Of a stretch of DNA of 64,000 bases, positions 9,658 through 19,415 are shown one piece after another. This stretch comes from an uncultured virus (IMG/VR IMGVR_UViG_3300027782_003801) (lineage: Duplodnaviria; Heunggongvirae; Uroviricota; Caudoviricetes). The stretch lies in IMG/VR virus record IMGVR_UViG_3300027782_003801; one strand, 5' to 3'. Each line of letters starts with the position of its first letter. Positions within the stretch are counted from its first letter, which is position 1. A model generated the notes under the pieces. That model was not told where the DNA came from and ran no database searches. It saw only the letters and a program-made list of their open reading frames with translations. The position numbers and the translations under genes were made by a program.

Positions 9658-11205
9658 ATGCCGTTTAATGTAGGAGGTTACATATATAATGGAACTCAAG
9701 CAGATTTACAAGATTATCAAAATATAATCACAAGAGGATTAGTTTTACATGTGGATGCTTCAGCACTGGAATCTTATATAGGTTCTGGAACAAGTTGGAG
9801 TGATATTAAAGATAGTTTAAGTAATGTTGAGGTGTTAGTTGTTGCAGGTGGTGGCGGTGGTGGTGGTTATATTGGTGGAGGTGGAGGTGCCGGTGGATTA
9901 ATATATAATTCTAATTTTTCAATAACAGGTTCATCATCATATACTGTAACTGTAGGTGCAGGAGGTAATCCCGGTGTTGGTGCGGGAGCAGATAGTACTC
10001 AAGGAGGAAATTCAGTTTTTAGTTCGTTAACGGCAATCGGAGGAGGTAAAGGTGCGGGTGGTGAAACTGATAATACATCACATGATGGTGGTAGTGGTGG
10101 AGGACAAGGAAGAACACCCGGTGGAAGAGGTGGTGCCGTTGGTCTTGCAACTTCAGGTCAAGGTTATAATGGTGGTGCAGGATATCCCGCCGATGGTGGA
10201 GGTGCAACTTCAGGTGGTGGTGGAGGTGGTGCAGGTGCCGTTGGTGGTAACGCAAGTGGTGGTACTCCTGGTAATGGTGGTGCAGGTCTATCTTATGACA
10301 TTTCAGGAACGGCAACATATTACGCTGGTGGTGGTGGTGGCGGGGCATATGCGGGAACCGCTAGTAGTGGTGGTAGCGGAATAGGAGGTGCTGGTGCAAA
10401 TGGACAAGGGTCTGTGGCAGGTAATGGAGCAACAAATACAGGTTCGGGTGGAGGTTCGGGTGGATACCCAACAAACCAAACAGGAGGATATGGTGGTTCA
10501 GGTATTGTTATAATTCGTTATCCAGGACCACCTAAAGCTATAGGAGGAACAATCTCAAGTAGTAACGGTTATACAATACACAAATTTACATCTAGTGGAA
10601 CTTTTACACCAAAATTAAGAACCAATTTTACTTTAACAAACGGACCAACTTTTAGTTCATCAAATGGAGGACATATCATTTTTGATGGAACAAATGATTA
10701 TACGGTTACATCGGCAAGTTCTACGTTTTATAAATATGAAAATGAACTTACAGTTAGTTGGTGGGTTAAATTGAATGGGACATTAAGTAGACCTGGATGT
10801 GGTCAATCAACATTAGATGTAGATGCGATGGGAACAAATGTTTGGTTAATGCATGGTGGCGCAACTAATCAATTTACATTCTACGTTAATGATAGTGGTT
10901 CATGGAGGTCGATTGATTCTTCCGTATTAACCGTTGGAACATGGTATAATCTTGTGGGAACGATTAACACAACAAATATATCAATATATGTAAACGGAAC
11001 ATCATACGCAACAGGGGCAGGAATAAGTACCGGCATAACAAATAACTCAAATTCAATTATGACAATCGGTATTGACCCTAGATATCTAACCCTTAGTCAA
11101 TTTTTTAACGGTAGTGTTGCAACTAAAATGGTATATAACAGATCTCTATCCTCTTCTGAAATTTTACAAAACTACAACATACAAAAAGCAAGGTTTGGTT
11201 TATAG
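9658..11205 (+). CDS. LamG lectin protein with inserted glycine-rich domain
   Basis: LamG halves paralogous to 8941 flank a VEVLVVAGGGGGG...GGSGIVIIRY...GYTIHKFTSSGTF glycine-rich module. Confidence 0.8.
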   Translation: MPFNVGGYIYNGTQADLQDYQNIITRGLVLHVDASALESYIGSGTSWSDIKDSLSNVEVLVVAGGGGGGGYIGGGGGAGGLIYNSNFSITGSSSYTVTVGAGGNPGVGAGADSTQGGNSVFSSLTAIGGGKGAGGETDNTSHDGGSGGGQGRTPGGRGGAVGLATSGQGYNGGAGYPADGGGATSGGGGGGAGAVGGNASGGTPGNGGAGLSYDISGTATYYAGGGGGGAYAGTASSGGSGIGGAGANGQGSVAGNGATNTGSGGGSGGYPTNQTGGYGGSGIVIIRYPGPPKAIGGTISSSNGYTIHKFTSSGTFTPKLRTNFTLTNGPTFSSSNGGHIIFDGTNDYTVTSASSTFYKYENELTVSWWVKLNGTLSRPGCGQSTLDVDAMGTNVWLMHGGATNQFTFYVNDSGSWRSIDSSVLTVGTWYNLVGTINTTNISIYVNGTSYATGAGISTGITNNSNSIMTIGIDPRYLTLSQFFNGSVATKMVYNRSLSSSEILQNYNIQKARFGL

Positions 11206-11217
11206 AAATATTTTTCT

Positions 11218-11225
11218 TATATTAT
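11218..11225 (+). promoter_or_regulatory. TATATTAT putative promoter element preceded by a T-tract
   Basis: Identical octamer just upstream of the ATG at 11218, 36896, 52428 and 57890; TATATTAC at 42852. Confidence 0.45.
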
Positions 11226-11229
11226 AGGT

Positions 11230-11910
11230 ATGAATAATATCGGTATAGGAATAATGTGTTTCGGTGATATTTCCTATTTTAACAATACAAAAGAAAAAGT
11301 TACCAATTTAAAAGATATTGGAATTGATTGTTATATCTTAACCGATGAACCAGAACAATTTACAACTAAAACTATACAATATAGTAGACACCTCAAGTCA
11401 TATCATGATAAGATAATATTAGTTAAAGAAATATTAAAATATCATAACATCGCAATTTTAATGGATGCCGACACCATCATCAATGACTATTCTATTATTA
11501 ACGATTTAAAAAACTACAAATTCAAAGACGGAATAACATACATTGATAATCTATTATCAAATAAAGTTAATAAAGAGTTCATTGGTGAAATCAATTTAAC
11601 CGCACCAGATTGGGATGAATATAAGAAGTTCGTTGATAAATTATTACCAACATTTACGGAGTTAGAAACAATTAATGAATATTTCATTGTCTTTAATAAT
11701 CAAGGACTTAAAGATGATTTCTTTTTACAATATGAAAAATTGCAAGTGATGAGAGAAAGTTGTGATATCAGAAGAATTAAAGAAATATACGCAGGTGGTG
11801 AAGGGTTCTCAATACATATCGCATCAAAATTATCAAATGTGGATATACAAAAAGATAATAAATTGTTTAATATGTTAAAAGATAATGTTATAAATGTAAT
11901 AAAACAATAA
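11230..11910 (+). CDS. Putative GT-A fold nucleotide-sugar transferase (paralogue of 48186)
   Basis: YILTD and ILMDADT (DxD) motifs; motif order shared with the 48186 ORF. Confidence 0.5.
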   Translation: MNNIGIGIMCFGDISYFNNTKEKVTNLKDIGIDCYILTDEPEQFTTKTIQYSRHLKSYHDKIILVKEILKYHNIAILMDADTIINDYSIINDLKNYKFKDGITYIDNLLSNKVNKEFIGEINLTAPDWDEYKKFVDKLLPTFTELETINEYFIVFNNQGLKDDFFLQYEKLQVMRESCDIRRIKEIYAGGEGFSIHIASKLSNVDIQKDNKLFNMLKDNVINVIKQ

Positions 11911-11913
11911 GTT

Positions 11914-12639
11914 ATGATTACCAATCAAGATTTTATAAAAGAAAGAATCACCACCAATAACGGTGAACCTATACCATATAGATGGACACATGGTGCAACA
12001 GAAGAACATATGGGTGATGGTATTATGGTTTATTCATTAATACAACATATGAGAGCCAAGAACTGCGCATGTATCGGTTCTGGTGGTGGATATATACCTC
12101 GTATTATAACACAAGCAAGATTAGATTTACATAAACAAGGAATATTTGAAGGTAACGACACTTTAAATTGGGGTGATATCGGTGCAACCTATCTGGTTGA
12201 CGCTTGCAATGGGGTAGGAGGACCTAACGACCTCGAAGATGAGAATTCATACTACCGACATACGTTTCAACCCAGATTGATTAAATCAACATCAGAAGAA
12301 GCATATTATAATTTCTTCGTTTTACAAGATATTAAATTAGATTTTATCTTTATAGATGGTGACCATTCATATGAAGGAGTCAAGAAAGATTTTGAATTAT
12401 ATTCAACACTATTAACTGATAAAGGTATTATCGTTATACACGATACAGATTCGGATTACGAGGAATCATTAATAGTTTCAGAGGAGGCAAAAAAAGACCA
12501 TCATAGATTTGACGGTCCATCAAAATTTATTAAAGAATTAGAAAAAAATCCACTTTATAATTTGATTAATTTATTTAATTTTCGTATATTACCTAACAAA
12601 CCTGCATCAAGCGGTATAACGGTAATTAATAAAAAATAA
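11914..12639 (+). CDS. Class I SAM methyltransferase (Methyltransf_24-like)
   Basis: CIGSGGG motif I; DFIFIDGDHSYEGVKKDF; GIIVIHD. Confidence 0.85.
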   Translation: MITNQDFIKERITTNNGEPIPYRWTHGATEEHMGDGIMVYSLIQHMRAKNCACIGSGGGYIPRIITQARLDLHKQGIFEGNDTLNWGDIGATYLVDACNGVGGPNDLEDENSYYRHTFQPRLIKSTSEEAYYNFFVLQDIKLDFIFIDGDHSYEGVKKDFELYSTLLTDKGIIVIHDTDSDYEESLIVSEEAKKDHHRFDGPSKFIKELEKNPLYNLINLFNFRILPNKPASSGITVINKK

Positions 12640-13496
12640 TGGTTAGGTTATTAACAGTTATAGGTCACGGAGTTAATTTACTTCCACATTTCATCAAACA
12701 TTATAAAAGATATGTTGATGAGATTAATATTGCAATTTATAAAACAGATTTATACCCAACATTAGAAGAAGATATAAATGAAATTATTAAAGAACATGAC
12801 AATGTGAAGATTGTTAAGGTTATTGAAGATAGAGTTTTTGATTGGGAGAAAGTAACCGCATTATATAACTTCATTAAGGATCAAATACCATTTGATTGGT
12901 GGGTAATTGCCGACATTGATGAATTTCATTTATATCCTGATGATGATATTGTTTCATTAATTAACGATTGTGAAGAATTTGGATGGGACATTGTTCGAGG
13001 TGGTTTTATTGATAGAATTGGAGAAGATGGTGAGTTTGTTGAATTAAAAGATGATGTATCAATATGGGAACAATTTCCAAATGCCGGTTTTTTTAGATAT
13101 CATATGAGTAAAGCGTGTCCAAATAAAATATGTTTAATTAGAGGTGGAATACAAATTACTTCAGGTCAACACTATGCAAATATTGATGGACACACCACAT
13201 GGAAATGGCAAGGTTGGGGTCATCCATCAATTGCACCAATACCATCCTATTCAGTTCAAGTACATCATTTTAAATGGGATAAAACTTCTATTGATAGAGT
13301 GAAAGCTGTGGCAGAACTAAATCAAGATTATTCATATTCAGATGAGTATTTCAAAATGTTCACTGAATTATTAAAAACAAAATATAAAATAAATCTAAGT
13401 AAAAGAGAATATATGTTTGAATTGGGATTAATATATCCTGAATATAACAGATATAAAAGTTGGAATAAATTAATAAATAAAATAACATCAGTATGA
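12639..13496 (+). CDS. GT2-like (Glyco_tranf_2_4/GT92-type) glycosyltransferase
   Basis: LLPHFIKHY, WWVIADIDEF, GQH, VHHFKW. Confidence 0.7.
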   Translation: MVRLLTVIGHGVNLLPHFIKHYKRYVDEINIAIYKTDLYPTLEEDINEIIKEHDNVKIVKVIEDRVFDWEKVTALYNFIKDQIPFDWWVIADIDEFHLYPDDDIVSLINDCEEFGWDIVRGGFIDRIGEDGEFVELKDDVSIWEQFPNAGFFRYHMSKACPNKICLIRGGIQITSGQHYANIDGHTTWKWQGWGHPSIAPIPSYSVQVHHFKWDKTSIDRVKAVAELNQDYSYSDEYFKMFTELLKTKYKINLSKREYMFELGLIYPEYNRYKSWNKLINKITSV

Positions 13497-13732
13497 GTGT
13501 AAAACCATCAAATGACGAGTTAATGGCTCTCGAAACAAGAAAAGTAAAAGCCTTAGAAAAAATCGCAAATTCATTAGATTCTTTAACCGTTTGGTTTGAA
13601 GAAATTGATAAAGATGAGTGGGGTAACAGAGCTCAATATTATCTAGCGGAATTCCATAACAAAATCGTAAAAGAGGTTGTGTTTGAAGAAGGTAAAGAAA
13701 TAAAAGTAACAACCAAGAGTGGAAAAAAGTAA
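13493..13732 (+). CDS. Hypothetical protein
   Basis: ORF overlaps both neighbours, suggesting translational coupling. Confidence 0.6.
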   Translation: MSVKPSNDELMALETRKVKALEKIANSLDSLTVWFEEIDKDEWGNRAQYYLAEFHNKIVKEVVFEEGKEIKVTTKSGKK

Positions 13733-15167
13733 AAAATTAGGAGTCGTTGTTCCATATAGAAATAGAAGAGAACATCTAAAAGATTTTAGTAGACGATTTG
13801 TTAGATATATGGAAAAATTTGATATCAATTATGAATTAATTGTTATTAACCAAGACGATGCTAAATTATTTAATAGGGGAATGTTATTAAATATAGGATT
13901 CAAATATGCTGAACAACTTAATTGTGATTATGTAGTATTTCACGATGTTGATATGATACCAATACACGTTGATTATTCATATTCAGAAGTCCCATTACAT
14001 TTATCAACACATTTTTTAAAGAACGAGGGTTATGACGATAAAGAAACTTTTGATCAATACTTTGGGGGTGTAACGATGTTTACTATGGATGATTTTCGTA
14101 AAGTTGATGGATATTCTAATAAGTATTGGGGATGGGGATATGAAGATACGGATTTACTTTATAGATGTGAAAAAAATGCGATTAAATTAGAAAAAATAAA
14201 AATTGAACATGTAGGAACACCAGGACAAAATTTAAAATTTAATGGTTTAAATTCTTATGTTAAAGGTAAAAATATTTTTAATACTAACGAAAATAATACA
14301 TTTTTCATATCTTTTTTTCCTGATGACATTGAACTTGACCATACTAAAGATGTTGATGACTTTAACGTATTTACCATACCTGGATATGATTTTACCGTAT
14401 CATATAATTCATTTTGTAGATATAATTTTTGTATGTTTGATGTTGAAAATAACGCTTTATATGTTAACTCTAAAATTAAAACAAATTACAAAACAAATAT
14501 CAGCGTCACAATTAATAACGTTAATTCACAAATTAAAGTATACCAAGACGGAAAGTTTATTGGTGAATGTTATTACCACGAAAAATTACGTTCATATGAT
14601 GACCAAGAGTTTTTTTATATTGGTGTAGGTGACCCAAATAGAGATGACCCATCAAATTCTGAATATCCAAAATATTACAAAGGTACAATGTCCGTATTTG
14701 CTAATTTTAATTGTGTATTGACTGATAGTGAAATAGAAGAAATATCAAAAAACGATAACTTAAATTTAAAAGAAAATTTTGGAAATTATAATTCTTCAAA
14801 TTATTTGAAAATATATTATGACACTAAATTTATTGAAAATTATCTACTTACAGACCTGAGTGGAAATGAAAATAACGGTGAAATAGTCAATTGTGAAATA
14901 GTTAAATTATCATTTACTAAATATAAATCTATCAGTATACCATTTAGAAGAGATTCTACATTTGCTTTATTACATCATAAAGAAAATGGATTTTATAAAA
15001 ATAAATGGAAATTTAAAGCAACAAGATGGAATCAATTAAGATTTTATAATGAAGTATGTAAGGATAGTAATTTACTAAAATACGACGGACTTTCAAATTT
15101 AGAATTTGTTGAACACGGATTGATAAAAATAACTGAAAACATAACACACGTTAACGTAGGAATATGA
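13719..15167 (+). CDS. GT7 beta-1,4-galactosyltransferase-like enzyme with inserted LamG-like domain
   Basis: VVPYRNR..HL, FNRGMLLNIG, FHDVD, YFGGV, GYSN.YWGWGYED; GT7 C-terminal DGLSNL after a ~220 aa insert. Confidence 0.85.
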   Translation: MEKSKKLGVVVPYRNRREHLKDFSRRFVRYMEKFDINYELIVINQDDAKLFNRGMLLNIGFKYAEQLNCDYVVFHDVDMIPIHVDYSYSEVPLHLSTHFLKNEGYDDKETFDQYFGGVTMFTMDDFRKVDGYSNKYWGWGYEDTDLLYRCEKNAIKLEKIKIEHVGTPGQNLKFNGLNSYVKGKNIFNTNENNTFFISFFPDDIELDHTKDVDDFNVFTIPGYDFTVSYNSFCRYNFCMFDVENNALYVNSKIKTNYKTNISVTINNVNSQIKVYQDGKFIGECYYHEKLRSYDDQEFFYIGVGDPNRDDPSNSEYPKYYKGTMSVFANFNCVLTDSEIEEISKNDNLNLKENFGNYNSSNYLKIYYDTKFIENYLLTDLSGNENNGEIVNCEIVKLSFTKYKSISIPFRRDSTFALLHHKENGFYKNKWKFKATRWNQLRFYNEVCKDSNLLKYDGLSNLEFVEHGLIKITENITHVNVGI

Positions 15168-16582
15168 GTCATAAATTAGGTATTTGTATACCATATAGAG
15201 ATAGAAAAGAACACATTGATAAATTAATACCACATCTATCAAAACATTTAACAGATAATGGAATTGACCACACATTTTATGTTGGTCACCAAGTAGATGA
15301 AAAGTTATTCAATAGAGGGGCAATGAAAAACATTGCGGCTCATTATGCTTTTGAAGATGGTTGTGATTATGTTGCATGGCACGACGTTGATATGTTACCA
15401 CAAGTAGACGCTGATTATTCGTACCCTGAAGAACACCCAATACATATCGCAACTAAATTATCTAAATATAATTATGGATTAGGTTACGACCAATACTTTG
15501 GGGGTGTTGTATTATTTACCAAAGAACAGGCATATAAAACAAATGGTTATTCAAATGAATATTGGGATTGGGGTCAGGAAGATGATGATCTTTTTTGGAG
15601 ATGTTATTTAGAAGGATACACAACGAATAATGTTTTTAAAACTTATAAAAATAAAACAACGGCAACTTTTAATGGAATAAATAATTTTATAATTATACCA
15701 TCTAATAAAGAATTAGATAATTGTTTAAATAATGACCATACTATATCAATATTATTTAATGCAGAACAACAACCCGAAAAGGTACCTGTTTGGCTTGTCG
15801 GTGATAAAGAAAAAAAATTCATTGAATATCCATTAATAAGAAAATTAGATTCGTGGACGTGGGGGTTATCGTTTAATAATTCACGTTCAATTAATATGGT
15901 TGTTTATGATGAAAATAGTAATCACTATTACAACTACGCAAAAAGATATGAAAATCAATGGACATGGGTGACAATGTCCTATAATAGTGATAGAAAAGAA
16001 ATGTCATTATATATAAATGATGAGTTAATCACCAATCAAAACGGAATTAAAGAAAACATACCATTTAAAATAGATAAAAAATTAAAACCATATAATAATC
16101 TACAACCGTTTATAGTTGGATTTTGTTCACACGTTAATACATTTTTTAAAGGTAAAATTGCAGAAATTAGAATCTTTAATAAATCAATAAATGATGTTGA
16201 CAAGGCGTTATATGGAATAGACGGGTTAATATTACAAATGGATTTTAAAAAGGGAGTAGTGGAAAATATCAATAAAGGAGAATGTGAATTCAATGTCAGC
16301 CTCTCAAAAGAAAATATTAACGTAGTTGAAAATGTAATTCCATTCAGAAAGGAAGGTAATTTTGACTGTATACCACATATAGATGAGGGTTATGTTCGAG
16401 GAAAATGGGCAAAAGGGGAAACTACGGCCAGAAATGAAAAAAGATTTGTTATGGAAATGCAACAAGGTTTAATTAAACATAGTGAAGATGGATTAAATAA
16501 TATACTAAATGTTTTGAATATTGAAAATATTGATGTATCTTTATATACCAATACTAAATTTATAAATGTTACTACGAAATGA
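15164..16582 (+). CDS. Second GT7 enzyme with inserted LamG-like domain
   Basis: IPYRDR..H, FNRGAMKN, WHDVD, YFGGV, NGYSNEYWDWGQEDDD; DGLNNI near the C-terminus. Confidence 0.85.
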   Translation: MSHKLGICIPYRDRKEHIDKLIPHLSKHLTDNGIDHTFYVGHQVDEKLFNRGAMKNIAAHYAFEDGCDYVAWHDVDMLPQVDADYSYPEEHPIHIATKLSKYNYGLGYDQYFGGVVLFTKEQAYKTNGYSNEYWDWGQEDDDLFWRCYLEGYTTNNVFKTYKNKTTATFNGINNFIIIPSNKELDNCLNNDHTISILFNAEQQPEKVPVWLVGDKEKKFIEYPLIRKLDSWTWGLSFNNSRSINMVVYDENSNHYYNYAKRYENQWTWVTMSYNSDRKEMSLYINDELITNQNGIKENIPFKIDKKLKPYNNLQPFIVGFCSHVNTFFKGKIAEIRIFNKSINDVDKALYGIDGLILQMDFKKGVVENINKGECEFNVSLSKENINVVENVIPFRKEGNFDCIPHIDEGYVRGKWAKGETTARNEKRFVMEMQQGLIKHSEDGLNNILNVLNIENIDVSLYTNTKFINVTTK

Positions 16583-18675
16583 GAATAGATTATCAAAAAC
16601 CATGGTTTTTAAAACCTAAAATAACACAACCACAGACAAATATATTATCTAACGGTAAATTTTCAATTAATTTAACATTTAGAGTAGGTAAAGGATATAA
16701 AAAAGACAATAAAATTGGATTTTGGGGTGTTCCAGGTAAAAATATTGGAATTAGTTATGATTATGAAGTAGATTTATTTGTATTTGAATTTTGGACAAAA
16801 TTGGAAAACGGGGAAGATAAATTTAATTGTTACACGTATGATTGTATTAACGATAAAACATTAGATAAGGGTTTAACAATATCAATAACCTATGATGGAG
16901 GAACATATTATCTTTATAAAGATTTTAGATTATTCGATACTATTGTTAATGGTGACCCATTAATACAGGACTACATTAATGAACCAATTTATTTAGGTTG
17001 CCATAACATGGATAGCTTAAATGAAAAACACAGATGTATTACTGAAATGGATGTTTTTCATTTTAGTATTTTTGATGAATCAATTAACATAAAAAGATTA
17101 GAAAGTATAATTACAAAAGAAACACCATTACATACATCAATGGAGTATGATAATGTTTTTTGTTTTTTTGATTTCCAAACAGAGGGTGACGAATTTTTAA
17201 TATTTGATGGACATAAAGATTTATGTTTCTTAAAAAAGAAAAATAAAATGTCAACTGTTGGATTTGATATAATAAAAGATAAATTAGATTCAGTTGGATG
17301 TGGATTTTGCTTAGCTAAGTGGACTCAAGTAACAATGCATCTACATAATGGTACAACACATAGTTGTCATCATCCTGAACCACACAAAGTTGGTTTAGAA
17401 GAAATTGTTAGAAACCCAACAGCATTACATAATAGTAAAACAAAGAAACAAGCGAGAAAAGAAATGCTTGAAGGTAAAAGACCTACAGAATGTCAATATT
17501 GTTGGAATGTAGAGGATAGCTCAAGTTCATTTTCTGATAGAATATTTAAATCGTCTGAACCATGGTCAGAACCATATTTTGATGAAATAACTAAATCGGA
17601 TTGGAGATCAGATTACAATCCAAAATATGCTGAAGTTAGTTTTTCAAATACTTGTAATTTTAAATGTGCTTATTGTGGTCCAGAATATTCATCTAAATGG
17701 ATGGAAGAAATCAATGAATTTGGGGCCTATAACTTATCTTATGAATATAATGGAACTAAAAGAATGGAAGAAAGGAACACAAAACCATACAGACATTCTG
17801 AACAAAATCCATATGTGGATGCATTTTGGGAATGGTTTCCTGAGTTATATGGAAGTTTAGATACTTTTAGAATTACGGGAGGAGAACCGTTATTATCAAA
17901 AGACACGTGGAAAGTATTAGATTACATAATCGATACCGATAAACCAAATAAAAGTTTAAAATTATCAATTAATAGTAATTTAGGTGTAACAGATGAATTA
18001 ATCGATAAGTTAATTGAGAAACTTGAAATAATAATTAAAGATAATAAGGTAAAAGAGTTAATTATTTTTACATCGGCTGATGGATACGGTAAACAAGCAG
18101 AATACACTAGATTTGGTTTAGATTTTGAAAAACTATTTCAAAATATCGATAAAATTCTAACTGTATTACCAAGAGTCACCGTAGTAGTAATGTCAACTTT
18201 TAATGTCTTTAGTATTTTTTCATACGAACAACTAATAAAGAAAATCTATAAACTAAAATATAAACATTATAATACAAAAAGATATTGGAACTCTGCAATT
18301 ATATTAGACACCTCTTATTTGAGACATCCACCATTTATGAGTTTTAGAATATTAAAAGATTATATTGATGTTGAATATTTTAATAGATGGATTAAATATA
18401 TGAAGTTTAATTCAACATTTAGAAGCCTTAATTTTCATAAAACACAGACATTATCGGATATTGGATTCTCAACACAAGAAATTGAAAAAATAAGTAGAAT
18501 CAGGGATATCTTCTTAGCGGATTATGAAATAGATATTAGATTATTTGATAAAGATAAAAAAGATTTCATTAGTTTTATTAGACAATATGAACTTAGAAGA
18601 AATGTGGTGTGTGAAGATTATTATCCAGAATTAATTCAATTTATAAAAAGCATAGAAAATGAAAGTAAAATATAA
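16579..18675 (+). CDS. LamG-like domain fused to twitch-domain radical SAM enzyme
   Basis: CLAKW..SCHHP..CQYCW auxiliary Cys; CNFKCAYC (CX3CX2C); TGGEPLL; N-terminal ~225 aa resemble the 18659 ORF. Confidence 0.85.
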   Translation: MRIDYQKPWFLKPKITQPQTNILSNGKFSINLTFRVGKGYKKDNKIGFWGVPGKNIGISYDYEVDLFVFEFWTKLENGEDKFNCYTYDCINDKTLDKGLTISITYDGGTYYLYKDFRLFDTIVNGDPLIQDYINEPIYLGCHNMDSLNEKHRCITEMDVFHFSIFDESINIKRLESIITKETPLHTSMEYDNVFCFFDFQTEGDEFLIFDGHKDLCFLKKKNKMSTVGFDIIKDKLDSVGCGFCLAKWTQVTMHLHNGTTHSCHHPEPHKVGLEEIVRNPTALHNSKTKKQARKEMLEGKRPTECQYCWNVEDSSSSFSDRIFKSSEPWSEPYFDEITKSDWRSDYNPKYAEVSFSNTCNFKCAYCGPEYSSKWMEEINEFGAYNLSYEYNGTKRMEERNTKPYRHSEQNPYVDAFWEWFPELYGSLDTFRITGGEPLLSKDTWKVLDYIIDTDKPNKSLKLSINSNLGVTDELIDKLIEKLEIIIKDNKVKELIIFTSADGYGKQAEYTRFGLDFEKLFQNIDKILTVLPRVTVVVMSTFNVFSIFSYEQLIKKIYKLKYKHYNTKRYWNSAIILDTSYLRHPPFMSFRILKDYIDVEYFNRWIKYMKFNSTFRSLNFHKTQTLSDIGFSTQEIEKISRIRDIFLADYEIDIRLFDKDKKDFISFIRQYELRRNVVCEDYYPELIQFIKSIENESKI

Positions 18676-19396
18676 AGAACCATATTGGGTTAAATTTCAA
18701 TGGGACATATCTGAACACCACGATAATCAATATGTAACTAAATTTGATAAAGAAGAGAATAAAATTCTTAAAGATTTTTTACATAAAGAAAATTATATCA
18801 TTACATGTAATTTTAAAATAAAAAGTCACTACAAAAAAGATGATGTTTCTATGGTATATGGTAAACCAGGTAAAAATCTTGGGTTATCATACAATCAAAA
18901 ATCAAAAACATTAGCGTTTGAATTTTGGACAACTAACAATACTGAAGATGTGTTTAATTTTGTCGAATTTAAAACTTTAACAATTAAGGAAATTGAAAAT
19001 GGTGTAACACTATCAGTTGCTAGAGATAAAAATAAAATTACAGTATATAAGAATTTTGTAGAAGATAATAGTATAGAATTTCAAGGTAATCTGATTGATG
19101 ATTATAAAGATAATGCACTTTTCATTGGATGTTCAAGTCCTGATTGTGATTCTGAAAAACATAGATATTATGGTGAGATTGATATAAATCACTTTTCAAT
19201 TTTAAGTAAAGAATCTGACATTGAAAAAGGAAAAATATTATATGAATCTGAAATACATAATTTATTAATACATAAATTCTATGATGATGTTTTATGTTAT
19301 TACGATTTTAAAACCATTAATAACTTAGGGATAATATATGATGAATCAAAAAATACTAATTTTTTGGAAAGAGTACCAATTGAATACGTTAAATAA
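18659..19396 (+). CDS. Stand-alone LamG-like domain protein
   Basis: GKPGKNLGLSY, FEFWT, LIDDY, FIGC, EKHR, HFSI, CYYDF shared with the N-terminus of 16579. Confidence 0.65.
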   Translation: MKVKYKEPYWVKFQWDISEHHDNQYVTKFDKEENKILKDFLHKENYIITCNFKIKSHYKKDDVSMVYGKPGKNLGLSYNQKSKTLAFEFWTTNNTEDVFNFVEFKTLTIKEIENGVTLSVARDKNKITVYKNFVEDNSIEFQGNLIDDYKDNALFIGCSSPDCDSEKHRYYGEIDINHFSILSKESDIEKGKILYESEIHNLLIHKFYDDVLCYYDFKTINNLGIIYDESKNTNFLERVPIEYVK

Positions 19397-19415
19397 AAGA
19401 TAAAAAAAATTAAAG

